A DNA stretch of 63,439 nucleotides, the filler included, from Octopus bimaculoides (Eukaryota), in assembly GCF_001194135.2 (NCBI RefSeq). It is 5 parts of 5 records of this genome, joined end to end, with 100 filler letters (N's around TTAATTAATTAA, not from the genome) between each part and the next. Parts side by side here need not be neighbours in the genome. Positions count along the whole stretch, not along the records: positions 29,060 to 53,116 come from NC_069007.1; positions 53,217 to 55,810 come from NW_026424895.1; positions 55,911 to 60,813 come from NC_068996.1; positions 60,914 to 63,439 come from NC_068984.1; 1 more part is not named here. One strand, 5' to 3'. A program made the position numbers and the translations under genes. Position 1 is the stretch's first letter. Each line of letters opens with the position of its first letter. A model generated the notes under the pieces. It saw nothing but the letters and a program-made list of their open reading frames with translations. It ran no database searches and was not told the origin of the DNA. This document shows positions 48,860 through 61,059 of the stretch, in pieces.

Positions 48860-49015
48860 TATGATGGGCTTCTTTCAGTTTTCATTTACTAAATCCATTC
48901 ACAGGGCTTTGGTTGGCCTGAGGCTATTGTAGAAGACACTTGCCCAAGGTGCCATGCAGTGGGACTGAACCTAGAACCACGTGGTTGGAAAGCAAGCTTC
49001 TTACCCCACAGCCGA
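48860..49015 (-). mobile_element. Family C SINE 5' half
   Basis: Contains gggcttctttcagttttc...gacacttgcccaaggtgccatgcagtgggactgaacc. Confidence 0.85.
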
Positions 49016-49101
49016 CATAATGTATATTTTGTATATCTAGTCCAAGCAGTCTTATTTGTTTATTTGCATCTTCATCTCCCCCCCTTCTCTCTCTCTCTCT
49101 T

Positions 49102-49146
<45 letters not shown>

Positions 49147-49147
49147 T

Positions 49148-49184
<37 letters not shown>

Positions 49185-50234
49185 TTATAAATATGAATGT
49201 GCATACACACACATATATACTCTCACACACACACACACACGTATGTATGTCTAATTCTTTGCTTGAAATAAGAAAGCACTCTACTTAGTTTTGAGTATTC
49301 TTGACTTTATGCAACAACTACCACCACCACCACTACTTTGGCTGCTGCTGTTTTTTACATGAGGCTCTCTGCTATTAAATTCAGGCATTCAGTGATTCGA
49401 GGTATCTCGTTTATAAGACATGTTCTATTAGGGCATTGCCAAAACAGATGGAAAAAAGAAAAAAAACATTATTGGAATTTGATGTGACAGGAGAAAATAT
49501 ACTGGAAACTTGAGGATCAGTGGAACGGAATAAAAGCAATAGAGAACTTGTCTTTAAGGTTTGGATTCCTTAGAGAGCTGGATGTTATTGCTGCTTCTGT
49601 TTAACCAATGGCCAGACCTAATGCAGCTGACATGTGATCTGGAGCATTCTACTTGTCAACAACAAAAACAAAAGTACTCCATCTGGTGAGAGATGAATAT
49701 TATTTAATAAGAAGTACAATGTATGTTCATATGTGCAGCTATTAGTTTCATGTAATGAAAGCATTTTTAACATGTCTGGTGTCCGAGCACAATCATCTGG
49801 CACGGACCTCAGGGCATAACGAACTAAAAAATTATCCATGCTAACATGGAAGGTGAACGATAGATAGTGATGATGATGATGAGATCTATATATATATATA
49901 TACACACACACACACATATATGTATGTGATATCTCTGCAGGCACTCACTCATGTGATATGATGGAATAAATTAAATTACATTGTTACCTACATCAACATA
50001 TGGAATAGAATTTACGCACTATACATGTTAATATTGAACACCATAATATTTACAAATACAGATGACAGCACATGCATGCTATATCTATAATACATATATA
50101 CACATATGCATGTGTACATGCATGCATTGTACATGCACACACACAGTCATACATACACATATACTTTCCAACATCCATACATATATAAGTGCAACACACA
50201 CACATGCACACATACACATACATTCACACATATA

Positions 50235-50400
50235 TATATCATCATCATCATCATCATTATCATCTTTTAACGTCCATTTCTCATGAGGGCCTGGGTTACA
50301 CAGTTTGATCAGAATTGGCAAGTTTGAAGTTTTGGGCAAGTATCTTCCAGTCTGATTTGGCTTGGTTTCTACAGCTGGATGGATGCCCTTCCTAATACCA
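50235..50400 (-). mobile_element. Family A 3' end, degenerate
   Basis: Contains catcatcat..ttaacgtccatttc...ttctacagctggatggatgcccttcctaatacc. Confidence 0.7.
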
Positions 50401-50519
50401 AATGATGATGGTGATGATGATGATGGTGATGATGATGATGGTGATGATGATGATGATGATGATGATTATATACATATATTTTTTTTTAATTTACCAAGGN
50501 NNNNNNNNNNNCCCCCCCC

Positions 50520-50845
50520 CCATCATATGTTTGGGTCAAGGTATAGAAAGCAAACTCCCGATATCAACAGCAGGGTCCGACAGCATATGCTGGTTCCGTA
50601 CCCTTTTGCACAACATCCGTCCACAAACCCTGTCCAAGCTTTCCTGTCATTAATAAACTCCTTTGCCCCTTTCACTCCAAAACCTCTAACCACCAAAGGT
50701 TTCCTCACTCCATCCATCCACACAAACCGAGGTCTGCCTCTGGTTCTGCTGCCTACCACTTCTGCCTTCATCACCTTCCTTACCATCTGCTCCTCATCCA
50801 TCCTCTCCATGTGGCCAAACCACCTCAACATTTGTCTATCCATTC
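50520..50845 (-). mobile_element. RTE/RTEX-like LINE C-terminal fragment (third family)
   Basis: QMLRWFGHMERMDEEQMVRKVMKAEVVGSRTRGRPRFVWMDGVRK...NDRKAW. Confidence 0.88.
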
Positions 50846-51317
50846 TGGTACATAGATTTTTCTCTTATATACATGTGGTTGTGTGCACCTGTGTCTATCT
50901 AATGGTGTAAATCTGTAGCTCATTCTTTTATGTGAAAAGGAACAGAATGCTAACCTAGCTCTTTGATAAATAGAGATCAATAAAACTAGAATAAAAATAA
51001 GAACTAAAATTAATATCAATAATTAAAGTCTTTGTAAAATCAGTGCTCCAGCATGGTCACATTTCAATGACCGAAACCAATAAAAGACTTACAGAATAAT
51101 CACATATATTTCTCTCGCCTCCCCTTCTATTTACTCCCTCTATTATTCTTTCTCCACTCTCTTACTCTCTCTCTTACTGTTTCTATTACTCTCACTCTCA
51201 CTCATACTCCCTCTCTTCCCCTCATTTCCTCTCAAACACACACAAATATAAACACAAACACACAGCTACACACACATATATTTCAAAATCATACATATAC
51301 AATCACGATGTACACAT

Positions 51318-51476
51318 AGGTGCAAGTGTGGCTGTGTGGTAAGAAGCTTACTTCCCAGCCACATGGTTCCGGGTTCAGTCCCACTGTGTGCCACCTTGGG
51401 CAAGTGTCTTCTGCTATAGTTTCAGACTGACCAAAGCCTTGTGAGTGGATTTGGGAGACGGAAACTGAAAGAAGCC

Positions 51477-51500
<24 letters not shown>
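51318..51500 (+). mobile_element. Family C SINE 5' half ending in (TA)n
   Basis: Contains gtggctgtgtggtaagaagc...ccgggttcagtccc...ccttgggcaagtgtcttc. Confidence 0.88.
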
Positions 51501-51516
<16 letters not shown>

Positions 51517-53539
51517 AAGCAACTGTTTTGCTGATCCCTTAATTATGTTTATAAATGTATAAGAACTTTTAAATGAGTTCTCCACCGATAATGGTGTTTA
51601 CATACCGAAGGGCTNNNNNNNNNNNNNNNNNNNNNNNNNNNNNNNNNNNNNNNNNNNNNNNNNNNNNNNNNNNNNNNNNNNNNNNNNNNNNNNNNNNNNN
51701 NNNNNNNNNNNNNNNNNNNNNNNNNNNNNNNNNNNNNNNNNNNNNNNNNNNNNNNNNNNNNNNNNNNNNNNNNNNNNNNNNNNNNNNNNNNNNNNNNNNN
51801 NNNNNNNNNNNNNNNNNNNNNNNNNNNNNNNNNNNNNNNNNNNNNNNNNNNNNNNNNNNNNNNNNNNNNNNNNNNNNNNNNNNNNNNNNNNNNNNNNNNN
51901 NNNNNNNNNNNNNNNNNNNNNNNNNNNNNNNNNNNNNNNNNNNNNNNNNNNNNNNNNNNNNNNNNNNNNNNNNNNNNNNNNNNNNNNNNNNNNNNNNNNN
52001 NNNNNNNNNNNNNNNNNNNNNNNNNNNNNNNNNNNNNNNNNNNNNNNNNNNNNNNNNNNNNNNNNNNNNNNNNNNNNNNNNNNNNNNNNNNNNNNNNNNN
52101 NNNNNNNNNNNNNNNNNNNNNNNNNNNNNNNNNNNNNNNNNNNNNNNNNNNNNNNNNNNNNNNNNNNNNNNNNNNNNNNNNNNNNNNNNNNNNNNNNNNN
52201 NNNNNNNNNNNNNNNNNNNNNNNNNNNNNNNNNNNNNNNNNNNNNNNNNNNNNNNNNNNNNNNNNNNNNNNNNNNNNNNNNNNNNNNNNNNNNNNNNNNN
52301 NNNNNNNNNNNNNNNNNNNNNNNNNNNNNNNNNNNNNNNNNNNNNNNNNNNNNNNNNNNNNNNNNNNNNNNNNNNNNNNNNNNNNNNNNNNNNNNNNNNN
52401 NNNNNNNNNNNNNNNNNNNNNNNNNNNNNNNNNNNNNNNNNNNNNNNNNNNNNNNNNNNNNNNNNNNNNNGTGTTTTCGTCCCCATAATGTAGCAGTTCA
52501 GCAAAGGATATCGATAGAACAAGTACTAGGCTTTAAAAAGAAACAAGAAAAAAGTCTGGGGTGGGGGTGTTGATTTGTTCAATTAAAACCCTTCAGGGCA
52601 GTGCTCCAGCATGGCCAAAGTCAAACAAATGAAACAGGTGAAGCAACAGAAGAAAAATTCTACAAAATCAAGCATACACACAAGGTTACCTACTTACAGA
52701 AGTGCACTTGTGTGCGCACGCACATGCACCTATAAGCCTTCACACATATGTACACACATCAATCTACTTTCAGCATTACATACAGACACAAGCATGACCC
52801 CATGACCTCTGCAGTCATGCATGACCTCTGCAGTCATGCATGACACATGAGCAGAAATGTTGGGAATATTTTTATCAGATAAACAATCACTTAACGTTGG
52901 GCGTGTGTATGTATGTGCAGCATAGCGTGTATGTATGCATGTGTGTGAGTATGTACATGTTTGTATGTGCATGTGTGTGCTTGTGCATATATGTGTGTGT
53001 ATATGTATATGTGTATATGTATGTGTGTATATGTGTGTGTATATGTATGTGTGTATGTATGTGTATGTGTGTGTATATATATATATATATATGTGTGTGT
53101 ATATATATATATATATNNNNNNNNNNNNNNNNNNNNNNNNNNNNNNNNNNNNNNNNNNNNTTAATTAATTAANNNNNNNNNNNNNNNNNNNNNNNNNNNN
53201 NNNNNNNNNNNNNNNNCATTTTTTTTTTTTTTGCACAGGGTGCCATTTGACCAGTTTTGGTCAATTTCTGCAAGAGAGAACAAAGAAGAATGGACTATCA
53301 GTTCTTGATTACCATTTTATTTCATCAACCTCAAAATGATGAAATGCCACATTGAAATCTTCAAGATTTGAAAGAAACTACTGGAAACCGGAAGAAGCAT
53401 TGGTTTCAAATTTCTTTGACTAAAATTCTTCAAGGCGGTGCCCCAACATGGCCACAGTCTAATGACTAATACAAGTAAAAGATAAAAGATAATAATATAT
53501 AATGCATAATATATAATAATATAATCTATAATATTTAGT

Positions 53540-53640
53540 AAGATTGGAGCCTGATGTAGCCATCTGGTTCACCAGTCTTCAGTCAAATCGTCCAACCCAT
53601 GCTAGCATGGAAAGCGGACGTTAAACGACGATGATGATAT
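53540..53640 (+). mobile_element. Family A extreme 3' end
   Basis: Contains gattggagcctg...gcggacgttaaacgacgatg. Confidence 0.85.
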
Positions 53641-53944
53641 TAGTACTTAATTAATATTTAATTAAGAACAGTCAATAATGAATTATGTAGATCATTAATT
53701 TTTACCAGTTTATGCTATGTAATAATATAATATGTAATATCAAGCAATTTATAATGTTTAATATGATATATAATCTATATTCAGCTATCTAAAAATTTTA
53801 CTTATTCTCTGTGCAAAAATCTTGATTATATTGGAAAATTAATTGAAACTACATAGGTAGTCTGTTAATTAGAATCATGGTCACAAAATGGATTCTACAA
53901 TTAGATCTATTACAACACAGTTGCATGTGTGTATGCATATATAT

Positions 53945-54266
53945 ATATTGCGGTGATGCTGGAACACTGCCTTTACTCGAACAAATCAACCCCAGGACTT
54001 ATTCTTTGTAAGCCTAGTACTTATTCTATCGGTCTATTTTGCCGAACCACTAAGTTACGGGGATGTAAACACACCAGCATCGGTTGTCAAGCGATGTTGG
54101 GGGGACAAACACAGAACACAAACACACATATATATGTATACATATATACGACAGGCTTCTTTCAGTTTTCATCTACCAAATCCACTCACAAGGCTTAAGT
54201 TGGCCCGAGGCTATAGTAGAAGACACTTGCCCAAGGTGCCATTGAGTGGGACTGAACCCAGAACCA
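53945..54266 (-). mobile_element. Family C SINE, nearly full length, running into a gap
   Basis: Colinear with 41800-42150. Confidence 0.88.
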
Positions 54267-55113
54267 NNNNNNNNNNNNNNNNNNNNNNNNNNNNNNNNNN
54301 NNNNNNNNNNNNNNNNNNNNNNNNNNNNNNNNNNNNNNNNNNNNNNNNNNNNNNNNNNNNNNNNNNNNNNNNNNNNNNNNNNNNNNNNNNNNNNNNNNNN
54401 NNNNNNNNNNNNNNNNNNNNNNNNNNNNNNNNNNNNNNNNNNNNNNNNNNNNNNNNNNNNNNNNNNNNNNNNNNNNNNNNNNNNNNNNNNNNNNNNNNNN
54501 NNNNNNNNNNNNNNNNNNNNNNNNNNNNNNNNNNNNNNNNNNNNNNNNNNNNNNNNNNNNNNNNNNNNNNNNNNNNNNNNNNNNNNNNNNNNNNNNNNNN
54601 NNNNNNNNNNNNNNNNNNNNNNNNNNNNNNNNNNNNNNNNNNNNNNNNNNNNNNNNNNNNNNNNNNNNNNNNNNNNNNNNNNNNNNNNNNNNNNNNNNNN
54701 NNNNNNNNNNNNNNNNNNNNNNNNNNNNNNNNNNNNNNNNNNNNNNNNNNNNNNNNNNNNNNNNNNNNNNNNNNNNNNNNNNNNNNNNNNNNNNNNNNNN
54801 NNNNNNNNNNNNNNNNNNNNNNNNNNNNNNNNNNNNNNNNNNNNNNNNNNNNNNNNNNNNNNNNNNNNNNNNNNNNNNNNNNNNNNNNNNNNNNNNNNNN
54901 NNNNNNNNNNNNNNNNNNNNNNNNNNNNNNNNNNNNNNNNNNNNNNNNNNNNNNNNNNNNNNNNNNNNNNNNNNNNNNNNNNNNNNNNNNNNNNNNNNNN
55001 NNNNNNNNNNNNNNNNNNNNNNNNNNNNNNNNNNNNNNNNTATATATATATATATAGGTAGATAGATAGATAATAATAAATGGAGCAAAGCGCATGTCAA
55101 TAAAAGTTCCTTT

Positions 55114-55204
55114 AATTCCTACACATGTTTCGAAATAAATGAGAGCACTTTCACAAAGAAGAAAGAGCTGTTGGGGTTCCTCATTTATTTCTCTTCAGGG
55201 AGTT
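55114..55204 (-). ncRNA. Candidate type I hammerhead ribozyme with complete catalytic core
   Basis: Minus strand: AACTCC CTGAAGA GAAATAAATGAG [36-nt loop region] CTCATTTATTTC GAAA CATGTG TA|GGAATT. All core positions are canonical, stem II is a perfect 12 bp closed by G-C, stem III is A-U/C-G/A-U, and stem I pairs 5/6. Confidence 0.8.
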
Positions 55205-55267
55205 CATAATAAAACATCTAATAGCAAGACAAAAGCGAAATGATGGGGTAACTTACGAGCAGAGATG

Positions 55268-55298
<31 letters not shown>

Positions 55299-55306
55299 GT
55301 ATGTAT

Positions 55307-55516
55307 ATTCAAATTGGTTTGAATTAATCGTGCATTATCTTGCATTTCAAATCTATGTCATTGAAATACCATGGCAAAGATTTCAATGGTGTCGTAGTAG
55401 ATTTTAAGAACGACATTTTACGATAGGTATGAGAGGCCGAATTTGCTAAGTTTCAACATAAAACGTGTAGAAGATTTAGGCTTGATGTATGGTCAGTTTA
55501 AACGCCGAAGGGTTAA
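55307..55516. mobile_element. Second copy of the piggyBac-like MITE family (left end missing)
   Basis: Homologous to 1795-1973; ends GAAGGG TTAA. Confidence 0.55.
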
Positions 55517-56135
55517 AAGTTGAGGTCAGGATGACCAGTAAAACTGTCGTGCTCTGAACCAGTTGTAAAAAAGGTGTTGTACACAACGTTACGTCCCTTT
55601 ATGCTTCGTGAACTTCGTAGCTCGATAAAAGCAAATATTAGAAATGAGGACATGAGCGAAACAAGCCTAGAAGGGACGGGGTGAAGTATGAGAGTTTGCG
55701 GGGTCAGCGTGACCGAATATGATTATTGAACGCAGTGTCCCAGTCTGGCCACGCAGACAAATGATTCACAACGTAAAAACAATAAAATAACAGTACAATA
55801 AAAAAAAAAANNNNNNNNNNNNNNNNNNNNNNNNNNNNNNNNNNNNNNNNNNNNTTAATTAATTAANNNNNNNNNNNNNNNNNNNNNNNNNNNNNNNNNN
55901 NNNNNNNNNNACTTCTTTGTAAAAAAACATTTTCATTCTCCTTCTTCTTGATAATTTGCTTCTTCGCAATGAAAACCGGTTAGAAAAAATCTTTATTAAA
56001 ATATGCTTCCAGTTCAGCATTCTGGCTTTTTTTCATTTTCCTATTATTTCTCCACGTACGGTTAACACAACCCCACTATTTACTGACTTATATATATATA
56101 TATATACTTACATATATACATATATATATATACTT

Positions 56136-56212
<77 letters not shown>

Positions 56213-56589
56213 CATACACATTTATACACACACACGTTTTTATATATATATTCCTCTGTACATACATTACATTTTTTTCTTTGACTTTCAACGTTTTGGA
56301 CAAGTATGGCCCTCATTGATAAGGTGTCGTGTTTTAGGGGACGAGGTGGTGGTGGTTATATTCTTATTATTTATTTTTTTGTCTTTTTCAATGACTATGG
56401 GACCTGCAATGGATTATAAAGCCAGCAAATAACTTGGATGTTTTTGTTACAGATGTGGCATTCATTTTCAAATGTTGCAATTAAGAGTGCATTCTGTACA
56501 GTACCTTGGTTATGTACAGTCATAAGTGACGTGAATCCAGATTAGCTGGAAAATTTTCTACCAGATCAATTGCATAATGGATTAGCTGC

Positions 56590-57760
56590 TAGAAATTGGT
56601 TGTATTCAATCTGAGGCCTTTCAGTATGTTTGCATAGATGAACTGTGGTGCCTGTTCTGGAGAGGCAAGCTTATCCACATTCATTACAGACAAAATGTGT
56701 GTCTGTTGGACCAACAGATTTCTGGCTGCTTGATCATTCTAACAGAGATTCCTGAAACTTTCTGACACCATTTGTTATTTTTGTGTCATTTACTGCGGTC
56801 TCACACTGAAGATTCCCAGTCAGTTGTTTCAATCTTTTATTTAGTCAGAGAATCTTTCTTACAATATTGATTTCTATTATGGTCTCACACCATATGTCAG
56901 TTCACTTGTGGATTCATCTAATCAAATGAGATGGCATATCCAGCAGAGTCTATGTTTGTAGATGTTAGTTTCAATGCTAAGGGCATCACCATTTAGCAGT
57001 AATTCAGACTCTAATGAACACCTAGAATATTGTGAATGCATCATTGGTGGAACTGCTCTAGGATTTTAAGGAGTCTGTGATAGACAACTCAAGTTTCATA
57101 AGAGTAAGACAATATCATAAAGACACTTATGTTGAATACTGAAATTTTAGTGCCTTTTTTTATATTTTTTTCAGACACCAAACATGCGCTTTGAGACTGG
57201 AAAAAGTATCAGTTGCCTTCCTAATGCATGAAGTTATTTCCTCATCCAATGAACAGTGCTGATTGATCATACTTTCCTGGCAGGAAAATTCATCAATTGA
57301 TTGTTCAATAGGGTGATTTGGGAGCCAGTTGAAACATTACCACCATTTTGTCAAGGTTAACGGTTAATCCAAATATCTTACATGGTTGCAAGATCCTATT
57401 CATAAAAGTTTGCATACACATCAGTGAATGTGCCACAAGATCACAATTGTCAGTATATAAAATATGGCATATTAGATTCTGAAAGAACTTGGTCTTTGTA
57501 GCAATGTACCATGTATTAAATACATATGTACAAGCATATGTCCAATTGTGTCATCTATTGATACAAAATGCCTAAATGACTCCAATACTGAATGACATCG
57601 AAACAATAACTCCAGCTTTGATGCAATCAATAATTTCACCATGTGAAAGGTCACTAAGGATTGCACTATTTATAGATGAGTGCAATGGAATTAGCCAATC
57701 ATTCCAGATGCATATTAATGCTAAATAATGACATGCATAGTGTCTTAGTAACATTAGAGT
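56590..57760 (-). mobile_element. Highly decayed RTE/BovB-like LINE (RT to zinc finger)
   Basis: Manual translation gives DNCDLVAHSLMCMQTFMNRILQPCKIFGLTVNLDKMVVMFQLAP, SLDEEITSCIRKATDTFSSLKAHVW and FVCNECG*ACLSRTG..VHLCKH. Confidence 0.8.
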
Positions 57761-57868
57761 CTTTCGTTTTTATTGGTTCACTAATAGTACAAAACAACAA
57801 TGAAAAGAACATGAAATTGAATACTAAAAACCATGGTGGAGTTTTTTGCATTTTTCTTTACTTAGAAT

Positions 57869-57910
<42 letters not shown>

Positions 57911-58379
57911 CGTGTGTGTATGGATGTGTATGGATATTGATGCAATGTGTGGGTTAAGATTAAGTGCATATCGTATTAATGTAGGCAAAAAACAGTAAGA
58001 AACATTCAAATTTTTCATTGATATTTTTTATTGTTGTTGTTGTCATGTGTGTGTGTGTGTGTATGCGTGTGCTTGAGTGTGTTTATGCATGTATGTATAT
58101 GTATATGTATGTATGTATGTATGTATCTGTATGATCCAAATAATAAGAAAACAAAGAAATTCTTTAACACATCGTTTATGATGGTGTTACAATTGCATTT
58201 AATGTTCAGTTATAATAAAAACAATTTTACATTAATCTGATGGGTTAGTCTATACTTTTATTAAAGTACAAATGTATCATTCTTAAACAAGAATATTATT
58301 GACAGTGACTTCAAAGCTGGACTGCCAACTCTGAAGTCATTTTTAAGAATATTCTTGTTTAAGAATGATATGTCTGTCT

Positions 58380-58590
58380 GTCTAGTCTGGTCTAGCAGTC
58401 TCTATATGAACCTTGGAAGGCCTGTACCCTCGCCTGCTGCTGTTAAGATTACTGAAACTATGGCTTTCCATGACTACACTAGGAGTGAATACTGGAGTGG
58501 TTTCCCGTTGCCTTCTCCAGGCAGGTAGGATTTGAACTCAGAATGTAGAGAGCTGGAAGATAAACCATAAAACATTTCTGCTAACATGCT
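58380..58590 (-). mobile_element. Chimeric SINE-like element: family B tRNA head + BovB/Bov-A-like motif
   Basis: Minus strand ...ttctgagttcaaatcctacctgcCTGGAGAAGGCAACGGGAAACCACTCCAGTATTC... Confidence 0.55.
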
Positions 58591-58667
58591 AACATTTCTG
58601 CTGCTCTCCCATCCACTAGAGAAGCGTAAAATGAAGTGTTTTGCTCAAGAGCACAACACACTGCCCA

Positions 58668-58705
58668 ACAGCAGCAGCAGCAGCAGCAGCAGCAACAGCA
58701 ACAGC

Positions 58706-58736
<31 letters not shown>

Positions 58737-58880
58737 GCAACAATAGCAACAACCTTTCCCATTATAGGCACAAAGCCTGAAATTTTGGGAGAGGCGACTA
58801 CCTGACTGGTAATTATGCTCTCCGATGCTGAACAGATGAAAGGTAAAGTTGACTGCAGCAGAAGCTGGAAGAAATGCTTC
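58668..58880 (-). mobile_element. (CAG)n(CAA)n tract plus family B SINE 3' half
   Basis: ataggcacaaagcctgaaattttggg...gatgaaaggtaaagttgac follows the trinucleotide tract. Confidence 0.7.
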
Positions 58881-59462
58881 AAAATAATCATCTTTATTTC
58901 TAGACATAAAAAAAGTAGCAAACAAATACATTTCATTCTTCTCTTTTTTTTCTTTTGTATTTTCTAATACCAAAATTCAAAGCAGTTTTGCTCAGTTTGT
59001 TTCCCATTTTTTCCAGTCACCTATGTGTGTTTTTGTGGACCTGCTATAAAAGAACATTATACTAAAGAGAGAAGTAGCTTTATCTAACTGTAATTGTTTT
59101 GTGTTTCTTACATATCTTGTTAATAGCATTAACAGTCAGTAAGAGATAAATTACTTTAATCCTTCCACTGCTATGTGCAAGAAGTAGACAGAACTTGGTT
59201 GGTTGTTTTTGGCAGTCAAGATCAACTGGACTTTTGATCAAAGGATGTGTTTCACCATGGAAGTTTGCTGTGTGTATTCCTTTATATACACATAGAAACA
59301 TACGTATACAACTATATATATACATAGGGAGAATTCACAAAAAAACAAAAACAAAAGACAAAGACAGGTGGTGTAGACAACAAACAGATGTATTAGTTTA
59401 ACACTCAGGAAATGAAAAAGTCTTAAAGATTTTGAGCCAATGCTCTTCCACAGAAAGGAACA

Positions 59463-60420
59463 CAAAATGCACCATAAATGTTCCATAATATTGAGATCTG
59501 GGGACTGTGGTGGCCAGATAAGATGGTCAACTTCACTAGAATATTCCTTGTGCCATTCAGTAACAACTTTAGCTGTGTGAATTGATGCATTACCATCCTG
59601 AAAGACTGCGCTTCCATCCGGAAACAGTTTCGCAACCATAGGATGAATTTGATCAGATAAGATGCTTAAATAGTCTTGACTATTAATTCTGCCATGAAGG
59701 GAAACCATTGGGCCAGCGAATTTCCAAGATATAGCTTCTCAGATCATCAAAGATCTGCCTCCATGTTAAACAGTTTGAACAAGGCAGTCTGGGTCAAATG
59801 CTTCTTTTGGCTGTCTCTATACATATACTTGGCCAGTGGTAAAAAATAAGGTAAAGGATGATTTGTCCGAGAAAATAATATCCTTCCACTGCTCTAGGGA
59901 CCAATTCTGTAGGTTTTTACTCCACTCGAAATACTTTGCAACATTTGATTTTGAAAGTAGTGGTTTTCTGATTGCAGCCCTCCCATGAAATCCAGCTTTG
60001 TGCAGCTCCCAGTGAACAGTTTTTGTGGAAATTGGGTTCTCAGGGTGGTCATTAAGCTCTGCAGTAATTCTTGGAGTCGTACTTTTGTGATCCTTTCTAA
60101 GAATTCGCGTAAGATTCCGACTGTCCCTATTTGAAAGCTTTGGTTTTCTTCTGGAGTTTTGTTTTGACGAGGAGGTTTTTCTCTCTTTCTCAAAGACTGT
60201 GACCTCTTTGCAAGTCTGATAGATCTGTCATTTTAATGAATTTTAATTACTTGTTTTTGATGATATCTGAAAAGAAACAGCAATTCTAGTAAAACATATT
60301 AAGCAACACTAATAATAAATCAAAAAACATTAAAATAAACAAACTTTTGATGGTTTTATAGATATTTGAAGATTATGATGCTATAATATGAAGTGTTTCC
60401 ATTATTTTGTCCGACTCCTG
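59463..60420 (-). mobile_element. Tc1 DNA transposon (DD34E-type) pseudogene, 3' end replaced by another repeat
   Basis: Minus-strand start TA+CAGGAGTCGGACAAAATAATGGAAACAC. Peptides FQDGNASIHTAK and WPPQSPDLNIMEHLW; N-terminus MTDLSDLQRG. Confidence 0.92.
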
Positions 60421-60614
60421 TATGTATGTATAGTTCCAATGAGGATATTTAAACCTCTTATAGGAATGTACACATATACATACACACATGATAAACATGT
60501 CTCTATATTACAAGTATTCCAAGCGTATTCTATTGTAATCCTTATTGTCCTTTGTACACCCTGATGAGTTTCCATACAAGGTATTTAAAATGCAAGATTA
60601 TATATTTATATATT

Positions 60615-60813
60615 CTTTTGCTTGTTTCAGTCATTTGACTGTGGCCATGCTGGAGCACTGCCTTTAGTCGAGCAAATCAATCCCAAGACTTATTCTTTGT
60701 GAGCCTAGTACTTATTCTATCACTTTTTTTGCTGAACTGCTAAGTTATGGCGACGTAAACACACCAGCATCGGTTGTCAAGCAATGTTGGTTGGGGACAA
60801 ACACAAGCACACA
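60615..60813 (-). mobile_element. Family C SINE 3' half
   Basis: Contains cttgtttcagtcatttgactgtggccatgctggagcac...gggacaaacac. Confidence 0.85.
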
Positions 60814-60913
60814 NNNNNNNNNNNNNNNNNNNNNNNNNNNNNNNNNNNNNNNNNNNNTTAATTAATTAANNNNNNNNNNNNNNNNNNNNNNNNNNNNNNN
60901 NNNNNNNNNNNNN

Positions 60914-60980
<67 letters not shown>

Positions 60981-61059
60981 TATGCATGTATATGTATATA
61001 TGTATGTATGTATGTGCAAATTTGTATATTTTATGTGTGTATTCTCATGCATATAGTTG

